Shown piece by piece: positions 1 to 15,000 of a stretch of 64,000 nt of DNA; the stretch's first letter is position 1; each line of letters starts with the position of its first letter. Origin of the DNA: a virus (Duplodnaviria > Caudoviricetes); IMG/VR virus record IMGVR_UViG_3300043414_000372, positions 165,852 to 229,851 of that record, one strand, 5' to 3'. The notes under the pieces are model-generated. The model saw only the letters and a program-made list of their open reading frames with translations. It was not told the DNA's origin and did no database searches. Position numbers and translations under genes: made by a program.

Positions 1-3000
1 TCTGCACCTTCATATAAAGATGTACTTAAACCAGTATCATAATGAATTACAAATACCGCTAGTTGTGCAGGATTTATTACTAAATTAGCAAAACTATAAT
101 TCGTCTGGTTTTGTGATGTAGGTACTATTTCAGTAGAAACTACATTATATCCAACATGTTGATAAACAGTGTCATCCCAGTTTGTTCCGGGGCGTGTTGA
201 TACAACCATGGTCAAGGTATCTGAAACTACTCCGGGAACTAATTCTTCAGGACCATACCCGTATTCAAAACTATCACCTTGTATAGTATAAAATGCGTTA
301 GGAGTTTCAAAGGTTCCAATAGATGTCCAAGTAATTGTATTTGTACTAGATAATATAGTGTTGTTTAGTCCTACTGCAATATATTTTCCATCAATGTTAT
401 TATAAACTACGCTTTCTAAAGTTTGTGTAGTACCAGAAGTACGTGATGTCCATGTTCCACCTGATGTGGGGGATGTTAATATTTTTCCAGCTTTACCAAC
501 GACAACAAATATATTATTATGATCATCCCATATAATGTTGTTTAACTCGTTAGTTGTACCAGATGATTGAACAAACCAATCAATACAATTAAAACTTGTG
601 TAGATTATACCATTATTACCTACAGCAGTTATAGTTTGATTATTTGCCGCAATTGAGTTAAATCCATACACAGTGCTAGTAAACGGTACTTGACTCCAAA
701 CATATCCGTCTGTACTAGTAAATATAATTGCTACATTGACTACAATACCATTTACCAATCTTTGTCCGGCACCCACTGCTACAAAGCCAGTGAATCCTCC
801 GGTGCTAGCATACGTCACACCATTGAATACATTAGATAATACACCGGTAAATGCATGGCGTTCTGTCCAAGAATACAAGTCAGTAGATGTTACAATATTT
901 GTTCCCACTGCAACATATATTCCATTATGGTATGCAACGCTATTCAATGATAATGATGATATACTTAATAATGATACGTCAAAATTTATTAAATCATATT
1001 GTGTACTATCATATGGTGTAAATGTACCATTAGTAATCCAATTATATCCATTATCACTTATTAATATAGGAGTTGCGTTATTATTTGTAGTAATAACATA
1101 CTTGCCGCCGGCATACAACATGTCAGTGATACCAAGTGGTTGATTTGCCAAATTATTAATTGTCCATACTAAGCCATCTACACTTACATTGAAGGAAGAG
1201 TAAGTATTTGTGTCTGCGCCGGCAATATAATTTAATCCATTCCATACTATGGCTTTTAAATTTAATCCTGTCACATAGAATGGTTGATCTTGTATTATTG
1301 CATCAAGGGTGAACTCGTCTGCCGGAGCAAACGCATTACCCAAATATGTACTATTTGGATATGTAATTCCAGCTACAAGCTGAGTCATGTCCATGCCCGG
1401 CATATTGACAGTAGGGTGATAATAACCCTCTATTCTATCTAGTGCATTTAGCCTGAAGTCGCCTGAATCCAACAATTCCCATTTACCAAATATGAACTCA
1501 GTATCATTATTGCTGATGATACATTGATATACACGATTATTGTATTTTACAATACTTGGGTTAAAGAAGAATGGCTCTGGTAATAAAGCATAGTCACCTG
1601 ACTTAGCCATTGTCATTGATCCAGTGATATCAGTTGTTATGTTGAATGGTAAACCACCAAGTGTTTCAGATATAGTCACTGACGTTGAAGAAGGCTTTGT
1701 TTTAACATAATATGTTTCACCGGCGATTATTCCACCGTATATTGAAGCAATAGCAGTTCCGGTGCCTGATCCGGTTGTAGTGGCAACAAATACTTGTCCT
1801 ATTGTGTTAGTCAATGCCCCCAACAATGTAAAATCAGTGTTGCCCAATGTAAGGATCTGATAAGTTTGTCCTGCTCTTATTGCAGTAGCACTTACTACAT
1901 TAGTAAAGACGACTGGATCATTGACAGAGAAACTGCTAGAACTTGTTACATTAAGTACATTGCCGGTGTCAACTACAGAGGTTACAGCAGTTGAAGTTAT
2001 GCCATTGAACGCAAAGTTTTGCCCACTAACAGCTATAGTAAGATTAGGATTACTATAAACACCCACTTGAGATTCTGATATAACTTTAAAGTAATATTGA
2101 TCAGTAGCACCAGCTGGTGTTCCAGATGAAATTGCAGTAGTTATTTCTCCATTAGAAACTGGTGGACTTACGTCTCCCTCAGGGATAACACCATCGATCA
2201 TAGAAACCGTTAGATATAAATCATTGATTCCAGTTACTCCGCCAAGTGATGCACCATCAATAGTAATAACATTATTAATTGTATAACCTAAACCCGGATC
2301 AGTAATAATTGAACTATATCCACCCAATATATAACTTACATCGAACTCTGCGTGATTTGCAGGGTTAACATATTGAGTTAACTGTACAGTAGTTTGTATT
2401 ACATTAAATGTGCCAGTGCCCGCTACAGTAGTTTTAATCAAACTACTAGTCGGAGTGTATGATACGTTAAATGTGTTGCCACTTCTATTTCTAACATAAT
2501 ATGTCAACTCAGTAGTCAACGGTGTCGGTAATGTTCCTGTTGTAGTGAATTTGATTGCTGTTCCGTTAGGGAACGCTGTACCATTTGAAACTGTAACTAC
2601 TGTTGGGCCAGCTACGGTAATACTAGAAGCTAGTTGACTTGAATTTAATAAACTGTCAGCAATAGTAATATATGGATCACCGGCACCAGTCATAGAACCA
2701 TTACTATTATCTAATGAGAACACGTATGTAAGATTTATATCTTCTGAGATTTTAAATCTACCTTGTCCAGACGGAGGGCTAGAATCTATTGCGTATACAT
2801 AATACACTTTGCCCAACGAAATACCGCCCAATGATGTTCCGGAGAAGTATAATGGCATACCTACATACAATATGTTAGTAGAATCTGGATTAGTTGAAGT
2901 GCTTATTATTAACCAATTGCCAGTACTTGTGGTGCTACTAACATTAACACTTGTAGTTCCAAAATCCGAAGTAATCGTGTATGGGGTTGCTGTAGATAAT

Positions 3001-6000
3001 CCACCAACTTGTTTATCAATAGTAAATTCTAGATTTTCATATATGTTATCTAATGTATTGCTACTTAGTAGACAAATTCTATTTACAGTAGATAGTGTGG
3101 CTGAAATGCTTCTTGTTAATAAGTTAGAAACTGTTCCGGTTACGCCATTGTATTGAGTTGATGTTTCATATAATGTAAATTCTTGTCCATTTATTTGTCC
3201 CGGGCTTATTGGTAAACCAACATTCAATGTCATTGATCCGGTTGCAGTTGTTAATTGCAATACTTTTGATTGACTTGTTAATACACAAGATCCAGTGTCA
3301 TTTGATAATGGGAAAGCACTTCCATTAATACTTTCAGAAATAGAGAATGAAGTATTGTTGGGGAATAGTTCTCTTACATAATATGTTTTTCCAGCAACAA
3401 TATTGCCAAATACATCACCACTGAAGATGATTGGTTCATTAATTGACAATAGATTTACAGTAGTTTCACAAGTAAGAGAATCATTAATGGATTCAGTTTC
3501 TGTGATTGCAAACGTTACTGGATCAGTACTAGTTGACATTGTAAATGTTTGATTATCAACTACTGATGTAACATAGTATGTTTGATTTTCTTCTATCCCG
3601 CCAAATACATTTCCAGTAAAGAATATTGGAAGCCCGGTGTAGAAATTAGTAGTGCCGTCCTGCCCTGTCGGAGTTAACTGAACAGTAACAGTATTTGTTG
3701 CAGTAGTAGTATTAGTTGATGTTCTGATACCATCATAATTAATAGTCATTATTGCAAGATTAGTTTCTTGACCTACATACAATGTTAAGGTTGTTGATAG
3801 CGTGACGCTAGTTGATCCGGTGCTTGGTGAATAAACTGCACCCGGCACACCCTCGTTTACTGTAGCTGAAATCGTAAACCCGGTATCTTCAAATAATGAC
3901 GGGTTACTAAGATTTGGTAATTGAACTAACGATTTTACATAATATATTGTCTCGCTAGATGAGTTGCTACTGACTAGACTGGTTCCTGTAGTTGAACCTA
4001 CAAATTTTATAGGCATACCAATGTAGAAACCAATTGTAGAACCAATCTGACCGGCTACTTCTGCTCCACCTTGATTTGGATTAATTCTAATAACATTGCG
4101 GTAAGCAGTTGTTGGATATGTAGGACCGTACGTTTGTACAGTATTTCTAGTTCTTGATGACCAAGTAATACTTTGTTCATTTTGTACATCTAATATTTCA
4201 AACGCAGCGCCCTGTGCGCTAGCTAATACAGAACTTATTGGTGGTTGAGTGTTTTGTAATGTAATTGAAGATGATGAAATCTTATCACTATTAGATAGAG
4301 TTCCTGCATAGAACGAACCATAATAGCTATCACCTTGCCATGTTAGTACATTTGTATTGTAAGTTGTTCTGTCAAATCTTAATGATATATTATTTTCTCT
4401 GATTGGTATAGCACTGGTTACACTAGTAGCAATTGCACCTTGACTGAAATACTGAATGCCGCTTCCCTGTGTAATAAGTGGTATTCGATCATGGTCATTA
4501 ATTGCATTCAAATAATTTTCATACAATGCAAATAGCGGCACCGGAGAAAGTTCTAATACATTTACATAGTATTGTTGTCCTATTAATAGTCCATCAATTT
4601 TAGTTGATCCAGTTGGAATTGTATAAACTACAAGATCACCTGTTTGTAATAACAATGTAGGTAATTCAATTGTATTTGTTAGTACGTTTACACGAGAACT
4701 ATTAATTGATATCGTGGCGGCCGGATCAATTTTAATTTTAGGTAATACTACATACCCTTCGCCCGGATTTATAACATTAACTCCAATGACTGAATCTAGA
4801 CTCATTATTGGTTCTAATTGCGCCGGTACTCTTGGTTTAGGATATATTGTTGTATCTATGTATGCGGTCACAGTAGGTGGATTAGTATAGCCTCTGCCCT
4901 CATTGAGGACGACTACTGCCGGTAAATCCATACGAATCGTATCATTAGGGAAATGTACTGTAATCTTAGTATTATTAACACCCCTCGATAGTCCTACTAA
5001 TTGACTGGTTGCCAAATTCTTAGCAGAATATGCAATCTGTTCTTCCCCAATTAAAATTGTGCCTGTTACAGGGAAGCCATTGATATTATCTACATAGCAT
5101 GAGGCTGAATTTAATGTAAGATATGAATCCAATAAGGCTAGCTTGTAACCAGATTGACCTGTAATTGCTACTCCGTAATTATTGTACCATTGACTATATG
5201 GTGCAGTTTGCCATATTGGGTCAGTAGGTAAATACTGATTATCTCCGCTTGGATTAGAATAAACTAACTCGGGAGTAACAAACTGATCAATAGTTGAATT
5301 ATATTGTGCAGGTAGATCAAAGTCAGTTATATCTCCTTCAAAAATATCAGTTTTTGTATACTTGAATATAAACTCTTTGATTACAACATGATAAGGCTTA
5401 ACTTCATTTAAGTAGCCTTCTAGGAATAGTTGATTATCAGAACGATATACTTCTAACGGAATCAATTCACGAATGGTGTGTGATACATCAATAAATGAAG
5501 TTTTATTTAACCACTCTAAGTAATTTTGACTTTCAATTGTCTCACTTTGAATGTACTCAAATAATAATATCAAACTTTTATTTCTAAAAATTAACAATTC
5601 GTTTGTGTAAATTTGTTCATTCAACGCACGAACTATATAACGTGTTTCTGTACTTGGGTATTCATCGTAAGGGGTTGTGTCAAAGAAATTATCACCAAAT
5701 CCCAACCTAGCACTAGGATAATCCCAAAGAACACTATCAAATTCGATAGTACCATTTTCTAAACCAATTCTCACCCAAGTGCCATTGCCCACAGTATCAA
5801 TATTGTATATGTACGTTTCTGAATTACCTGCACCATTTGCTGCCACCGTAACAATTGTACCAGCCGGTACGCCTAAGGTAGACAAGTCAGCATAGATAGG
5901 AACTTGCAGTGATGATTTAGTATTATTATCATATCCGATTGCCCACCAGTTGATATAAGACCAATAATTTTTAGTGTTATATTTTTCACCGATTGCAAAT

Positions 6001-9000
6001 ATTACATTATTGTTATCGTCAACAATTTCAGGATTTTTAGAGTCTAATAATTCCGGATTTCTTAATTCTACAATCGGAAATTGTGATAGAACAACGTTAG
6101 CATATTGTAAATAATTTTTCAATGCGCCAAATCTATTGTAGAAGAAGCCTTGTCTTGGTCTTGCTAATACACCAGTCTGTACAGCTTTTGGCAATAACGG
6201 ATCAGGCACAACACCGCCTGCGTTATCTACCCCGCACATACTATCTAACATTCTATTGTAAAGACCAATTGGTTCTGTTATGCCAACTGATGCATGATTT
6301 TGATATGCAGCACCTGATCCAGGGATTCCCGGTAAGAAATCATCCGGATAGTTTACACGAATCAAATTATATTGATTATGGGTTGCGTCATCATTTGTAC
6401 TAGTAGAATATCCAATATGCAATACGGTATCTTTTGCATTTATGTAAGAGAAGCAATTATATAGCCCAAATACGTTAGGTAGCAACGGTGTAAGATAACT
6501 GATACCACTGCCTTGAGGGTTACCAATATAATACTCTAACGTAGTATCGGCTAGGGTTTTTCCTATTTTGTTAAACACAATATTTGTGTTTCTAGCCCAG
6601 AAGTAATATACCGGAGTTATTAATCCTTCCGGATTAACTACTCCGCGAATTGTGTAGTTTGTGTCACTGTACGGTACGCCTGGGCCGGTATATTGTGATG
6701 GAACTACATTACTTGCGACCCAAGAATAAACCACAACATTACTTCCCGGGAATACCCTACCCCACCATTGACTGTTATAACTAACATCATTTTGATGATA
6801 ATTCATAAAACGAGTACTACTAGTATCAAACCACAATGTTCCTATCTTATCCGCGCCCCAAACTAACCCTGCTTGATTTCCTACAGAATTGTATGACGCC
6901 GGGTCAGCATTAGATACCACATCAATGTTTTCTGCGACTGCTCCCAATAATTTGCCTTGCAAAGGATCAATGTAGTCTAAGTTTTCCAATGTGTTATTAG
7001 TGGTTGCACTAAACAATTGAACATTGAACACACCGGCTATATTTACAATATCGGATGAACTTCTATAGACTGCCCAATCAGGATCACTTGTATTGCTGAT
7101 GTAAGTTACTACTTGACCGTTTGTGTCATTTGGATTAGTATTTGGGTTAAATCCGGGTGTACCAACTGTCACTACGTTATCATTAAAGTCTAATGCAGTG
7201 CCGTAATGTGGTTGTGATCCATAATCAAAATCTTGAGCATTGATACTTTGAGCATATACAAACTTGCCCGGAGCATTTATATTTTCATTATACGTAGATA
7301 GATAATCAAACATGTATACTGCACCAGCGTTGGTAAATGTATCAACCCATTGTGTTGCATTATTATCAAACACCGTATCGTTGTCTAATTCATCATCAGT
7401 AAAGTCAAACGTTGTAGCAGAATATCTTGCTCCTACCGGTGCACTTGCCACAAATGATCCAGAACTATTAAACTTAACTACAGTACCAAATTGTGTTCTG
7501 CCTGTCAAGTGTGGGCAAGCTATCTTCTGTGTTTGTTTATAAATAGTTACACCCATTTCAGTTAGCGCAGCACTATCCAATACTGATAATGATAACTTGT
7601 TACCTGCTACTGCCAAACTCACATCAACTAGTGATATTATTAATTTACCGGCAACTGCGGAAGCAGTTACGTTGGTAATTGAATTTGAATTGATTGCATT
7701 TACTGCTGCTGTAGCATTACCAATTGGTAAAGTCACGGCATATCCATTTAACAATATGGTTCTAGGAGAAGTTATGTTACATGCAGTAGTTCCAATAATA
7801 GTACCGTACCTCTCACCACCATTAGTATATCTATGAATTGCACCCTCATAGTTTTGACTTGATAATTCAAAAGGTGCACCAATTAGTATTTCATTTGCAA
7901 ATCTATTAGTAGTAGTACTTGTACCAAATTGTACGCCAACTCTAGGTGTTTCTTCATTTGTTAATGTTTGTGTTAATACAAAATTAGTACCGCTTACATT
8001 TATTATATCGCCCGCATTTAACGTCGGAGTTGCTTTACTGTATACGTTTAATCTTGACCCCACTACTGCATATAAATTATCTGCTAATGTAGTTCCATTG
8101 ACTGTTAAGAATAACGGTGATGTTTGACCAGTAGCGGTCATTGTACCAGTACTATTAGTTAATGTCAATACGGTGCCATTTCTAGTTAAAGACAATGTAA
8201 TTGTTGAACCAGAAATTTGTTTTACATAATAAACTGTATTAGCTGCAATGCCGCCGTAAGGAGAACCAGTAAATACAATTGGCGTACCATTAACACCGTC
8301 TTGCAATCCAACGACACTGCCCAACGTAATTGCGTTACTTGATATAGTATTGGCAGTGGTTGATAGATTTCCCGGTGTCCATGCTAAGTTAAATAACAAC
8401 GGAACATATGCTTGGCTACTAGTTTGTGTTTCAAAATTTTGTACTGTTCTACTAAAGATATATGTATAACCATAATTTTGAGTATTAACGTCATAATCTT
8501 GTTGAGGTGCACCAACAACTACAGTATCACCGTAGTAGTCAGTCGAGATGGAATAACCAAAACCATCAGCAGAGGTTAATCCAGCTACACTTAACGTACC
8601 AACATTTACATATTGATCGGTTACTGCTGACTTACGGTAAACATATACAAGAGCATGGCCAGTGTCTGATATATACAACCAATTTTGATCACCGGACAAT
8701 GCAGTTGATGAACCCCAATTTGTTACACCAACTGGAGCTGGTATAGTCTGATACGGCAACAAAGTATTCAACAATGCAGTGGTTATTAACTGATATATAT
8801 GAACTGTTGGTGTACCAGTTGGTTCAGATACTACAAACAAATCATCAATGTATGTTATGTTTGATCCAAAAGAAGTACCTTCTGTGATAGTTTGCTTTTC
8901 TAAGTAGCTATCAGTTGAATTATCATATGCATATCTGTATACTTTGCCCGCGCTACTGTCACCAATTAAATAACCCAACGCAGTAGTATATGCAACTGCG

Positions 9001-12000
9001 CTTCCAAACGTTTGGCTGGCAGCTTTTAATAGTTCTTTGCCATACTGATAGTTTAAACTCTTACGGAATACAGCCCAGCCACCATCATTATTTGTGTCAA
9101 CCCAAACTTTAAGTTTATTAAATTCATTGTCTAATAGAGGTAAATTTTCTATTTCTGGTGCAGTAGCTACACGTTGACTTTGTAGTTTGAAACCTATACC
9201 CAATCCGTTAACGTTGGTGAGTTGTGGGTTCAATGTTAAGTTAATGATGACATTGAATGGATCAACTATCGCTGACACCAAGTAGTAGTTATCAATTGCT
9301 ACATTAAAATTCACAATTGCAAATGGTTGATATCGTTTTAAATTATGTGCTTGACCAAACGTTATTGTTACTGTACCATTTAAATTATTTTTAGCATTAA
9401 TGACAGGGCCTAAACTAATAGGGGTGTATACTTGCCAAGTACCAAGGTAACTAGCTAGCCATGCATAATCTCTTACATAAAATTCACTAATAGGAATATA
9501 TGTCCCTGCTGAATTTTGTCCAGTACCTAATCCAGAATAATAATAACTAGCTAGCTTAACATCGTTAAAATTAACATATCCGGCAGTTGGATATAAAGTA
9601 GATGGTGTTAAACTAGATATTGTAGGTAATATCTCAGGAGATGTTATTGGTCTACCATAATTAAATACGTTGTTTAATGTTACTTCTTGTTGTACACCGG
9701 ACTCAGTATAATTACCATTAGTTAACCCAACTATAGAAGGGTTGCCAGTTAAATCATGCTGGCTTAATCTAAATTCAATAAAATTGTTGTTTAATATTCC
9801 GCCAAACTCGCCTGATTTAATTGCCCAATTTTCATAAATTGTATAATCAATTCCACCTTGTGGTAGATTAGCACCCTTAAAAGCGTTAGCAGCGTTAGGA
9901 GTTCCCTTAGTCTTAATCATATTTTGATAGACATTAACCTGTGTTATATCAGTAAGGTCTGCCAAAGCCATGTAATCCCTTGGACGATATCCAATTAAGC
10001 TAAAACTTAATAAGTCAGCATCATTTTCTAAATTAGCTTTGTTTATATCATAATACAATGTACTTTCATATGAACGTGTTTGGCTATTAGGCAATAATCC
10101 CTTTTGTATTTCGTTGTAACTAGTTTGTTTCCAATCACGTTCATCAAATATTTCTTTTGCTTGGATGATTGTTAATGCTGTCCAATATTTGTTTTTATAT
10201 TTGACAATAGAACCTGCGGTGTACTTAATTTCTTTGACCCATTCAACTATATTATCTTGGTTAAGAATAAAACCAAATGCATCAATATTTCCGTTCCATT
10301 CAGCAGTTTTTGTGCCTCTAACATAAATTCTATTTTGACGCAATCCAGTAATTAAATTATAAATTGTATCATTAAACAATGTAGTATTATCAAATACAAT
10401 GCCATGTTCAATATTGCTTATATTAAATTGTCCGTAACTTATTGCATCACCTGTATTCAGCGGCTGTAGCGTGAACGCTGTACCATCACGAACGATTGAT
10501 AAATCATTATTTTGTATAGGATATAAATTTTGATTTAATACAAAATTATGTTGTTGTAATGTTAACGGTTGAACAATCCTGCTCTCTTTGTCTATAGACA
10601 AAAATGTTGCGGCTGGATTTATTGTGGTTACACTTCCAATGCTCCATCCTGTCTGGGCCCAATACAAGAATTCAGCAACCATTTGCTGCCAATTAATTGG
10701 TATACCGTTTTCTATTTGTTCGTACACCATACCTTGGCTTTTTAAATATTCACCGTAGTTAATTAAAAACTGTGATACCTGTTGAATATTGTAAAACTCA
10801 GTGCCGTATGGAATTTCTTCAGTCTTATTATAAAATGTACTAGTCAAAGATACTGTTTCATTATCTACAGTGATTGTTTCGGCGCTTCCACCAAACTTTG
10901 GAACAAGCACAGTGAAGTAAGCATGTGTTTGAGAGTTTCCATATATTTTATATCCATTCTCAGTTATTTGTACTACAACACCGCTGTAAATAATTCTGTC
11001 AAACGGTTGATTTTCATACAATAATACCGCGTAACTTTCGTCAGGTATTAATAAAGAACTATTGTTGCTATTTGCTGAACTCTTTTCTACATAGAATTTC
11101 AATAAGTTTTTATCACTAAAGCCCGCCAAACGATATACTAAACGAACATCCAAATTATTTAACAATGTAGTGATGTTGGTAGTAGCATCTACCCCAACTT
11201 GTTTTTCATAATCAACAATCCAATTGATATAACTAGTCGCCGGAGTTCCGTTACCATATATTGGAACATCAGATAATACTAGATGACTTCTATCACCTAC
11301 TAAGTATTGATCAAATTCTGTATTATACTTGTAATTGTCTACGTCAATTCCCAAGTTAAAGAAATCTGCAGGTTTAGTCAATGCTAATATACGCATCAAA
11401 TCAAATGGCCATGTGCTGCTTCTACGATAGCTGAACTCAGCGGGTCCTACATCACCTACCATCCAATCTCGTTTAAATAAATTTGCATCGTAATTACCCA
11501 CGATTGAATCAAACGGAGATAGTAAATCACCATTGCTATCTACTGGTATTATATCCAATAACCCTTTACGGACATAGTTAGGCTTTACGTAAGGGTTACC
11601 GTCATTCCAAACTAAGCCGGCAGCTAAATCACCCCACAAAATTAAATTATCACTTGTGTACGGTGCAGGACCATAACGTGTCTCCCACCATGTTGGTTTA
11701 TTAGCTAATCCTAACATTTCCCACGGGGTCTCATTTGGTGTAGAAGTGTCGTAGAAATATAAATATAATCCTCTAAAATAACCTTGCTCAATAGGTGCAT
11801 TATTTAATTTAATGCCACTGTCTCTGTAATTATACGAAAACTGATTACCAACATTATAAAATTGAATTGCATAATTAATTCTATTTTGTCCTACCCAATT
11901 TAAGAAAGATTCACTATATATTTCTAAAAATTCATTATATGTATAATCGGTTTGTCTAAAAAAGCCCGGTATTACTACCCCTTGATATGATCCGGCTGGG

Positions 12001-15000
12001 GCAGTTTCACTTAATTTTAAGTTGTTGTAAACACGAGTTTCATATTCAAGTAACACTTGATCTCTAAAATCAGTTAAAGTATTAGTAGAAGAATTATATG
12101 AACCGTATAATTTATTAAATGATCCGTCGTGTCCTACAATAAAATATGTTTCTGGATTATACGCGGTGTCTAGTGTTACATTGGGTATAGTTGCAGGATA
12201 TACACCTAATTTGGTAGGGGTGTTTGGTACATAATTTCCATATGTTTGATTATATTCTTTAATAGTAATCTGATCATTTGGTAACAAATCAGTAGTAATA
12301 GTTAATGAAGGACTATCAGTACTAACAGTATAATCGACCCCCTTTACCAATTGTGTTTGTACACCGTTGCGTATTAGATATACCAATATACCATTGTAGT
12401 TTGCTGTAGCAAAATTATATATGTGACTTAGTGGGTAGATACTAACATCCAATGAATTTGCAAAACTATACGTGTTTGTGATATACGGTGCTTTCGATGG
12501 CAGCATGTCACTCCAAAAGAATGGCTGGTCATTAGTGTGGGGTGCGTTAATTTGATCCAACGCCAAATCCAACATTTCTGAAGGTGACAACATTCTAGAG
12601 TAATCTGAATTATTAACGGTGTCAACTAATAATGCTTTAAATGTTATATATTGTCTACTGTTATACAACAATGAGTTAAAAATATCATGTGATTGATTGC
12701 GTAAAAATGTACCCACTGCTGGCAATCCAGCACTATTTTGAATTATTCTATTTCCCCATGGAACTAAATTTCCTAAATCACGATAGTTGTTTGGTCCAAA
12801 TACTTCTCCTGTTGTGTTTGGATTATTGAAGAAAATACTTTGATACTGACCGCGAATATCACCTATGTTTGCGCTGGTAAGGTCTTGGTTTAATGGGTTA
12901 TTAGTTAGATTGATAGGTGGCGCATAGTACGCAGTTGTGCTTACTTGATCACTTAATATTAAAACTTGAATAACAGTTTCAACAGCATTAACAGTTGGAA
13001 TATAAATTGTAGTAGTAGTATCAGTTACCGTAAAAGTCCATTGGTCTTTTGGTAAATATATATTATTGATATAAACTTGTATTAACGGCCATTTTGTGGT
13101 AGGATTAACTATCGGAGCAATGTCACATATAAATTCAGTTTGATCAATAGTAGCGTTCCAATCAAATTCAAAAATTTGATATTGTGCGCTAGGTGACACT
13201 GCTGTTTGCCATCCTAATTGTCGAACCTCTGTTAGACCGTAATAATTATTTAATGTATAATTATACACATATCCTGTATTTACCTTTTGAGTCTCAGATG
13301 ATGTACCTTTTACATAATTAAACGTTGCAGAATTCAAAGTAACATCAAAACTAATATCGCCTATGTTATTAACTGAACTGTATCTTACTGGGAAGCCCAA
13401 CACTGCATCGTTTGCTCCTACACCTAATCCATATGAAAATAATGTACATCCAGTGAATGACGTTCCAACATATACATCTGGATCTCCAAAGCTAATGTTG
13501 TTAGAGTCAAACACATCAAATTTAGGTGATTGATTAAGTGTAGTTTTTTGTTGACCTTCTATCCAAACATAACCGGTAAAATAAAAATCTTTACCTATAT
13601 AATTATAACCTCTATACACTGCGGTTTGTTCATTTGCTAACACTACCCCATCGTCAGCTTCAGTCAATGTAATAACTGGAGTACTATCAGGATGGATAGT
13701 AGAGAATCTTGAAATATATATTTTGTTTCTTACTTCTAGATTAGTGTCTGCTGCAAATACTATCCTAGATCCGTCAAATAATCCGTAATTAGATAGCGGG
13801 GTGTCTGCTGTTACTAATGCAGCAATAGAAGTTGCAGGTACGATGACGGTTTCTTGGTACCAAGAAACTGTTAAAATTGTATCTGTACCTAACGTAGTAA
13901 TTTCTGTAATAAAAGTCACTCCGGGTAATGATAAAGTTGAATCAGAAATATATTGTCCAACTTCAAATAAACCAGACAAATCAGTTGTCGGTACTGTAAT
14001 AGTAGTACTATATGGATAGATTGAAGTAGAAACTGAAACCGGGCCCGCATTGCTTAATGGAACTAAATTACCATAACTATCATTCAATGTAATTTTATTG
14101 TCTACAATTGAAGCAATACTATATGTGGTGCCGGAAGTAATTCCACCAAATGATGTTCCAAAACTTATAGTATCATTTACGTGTAATCCAATTGTATTAC
14201 TCAAAGCAACTTGGTTGATTAGAGCATAAGTGTCAGTTGCTGTTTTAGAAGTTATAGCACCTGTAACTGCTGCTATAGTAGCATTAGCAGTAGTCCAGCC
14301 GGCAACATCGGGATAGTAATTAGGTTGACCTGCTACATCAGTAAATGCATCAGTTGTTCTAGTATCAATGAAGTCGATAGGGTCTTTGCCTACAATGCCA
14401 GCATCAAATAATCTAATGTTGGGATAAAATTCAATAATAGGACGTTTTGCCTTATTTCCAACTTGGGTATATAGTGTAACTAAATCTGGATTATTATTAT
14501 ATGTAGCAGATGCATTTATAACATCAATATGAAACCAACGATTACTTCTTGACCACGGGTTTCTATTAATTGAATTTCTAGCAATAGTTATATAATCTGG
14601 ATCTACTGGGATGTATAGGCTAGAATCATAGTTACCAATATCAAATGAAGTAGTGTCGTATGGAATATATTCTCCAGCAGAGAATAGTCCCGGTGACACT
14701 AGAGTAGTAACTGGAATTAATTCAATTGCCGTACCCACGCCCTCAACATAGTATTCTACATTGTCATAACTTGCAGGGGTTATGTTACCTTGAAATAAAA
14801 CTTTTAAGCCATTAGTGAACACAACACCGTTTGGTGCAGTATAAGTTGGTTTACCTAAAATATCAGTAACTACGTCAATATTATTTGTTAGATTATTATC
14901 AACAATATTTAAGATTCCCACTTTGTTGGGGCTTGTTCCATCTTGATAATACAAAACATCTAAGATTGCACTATTATATGGGTATAATGTTATTACTCCG

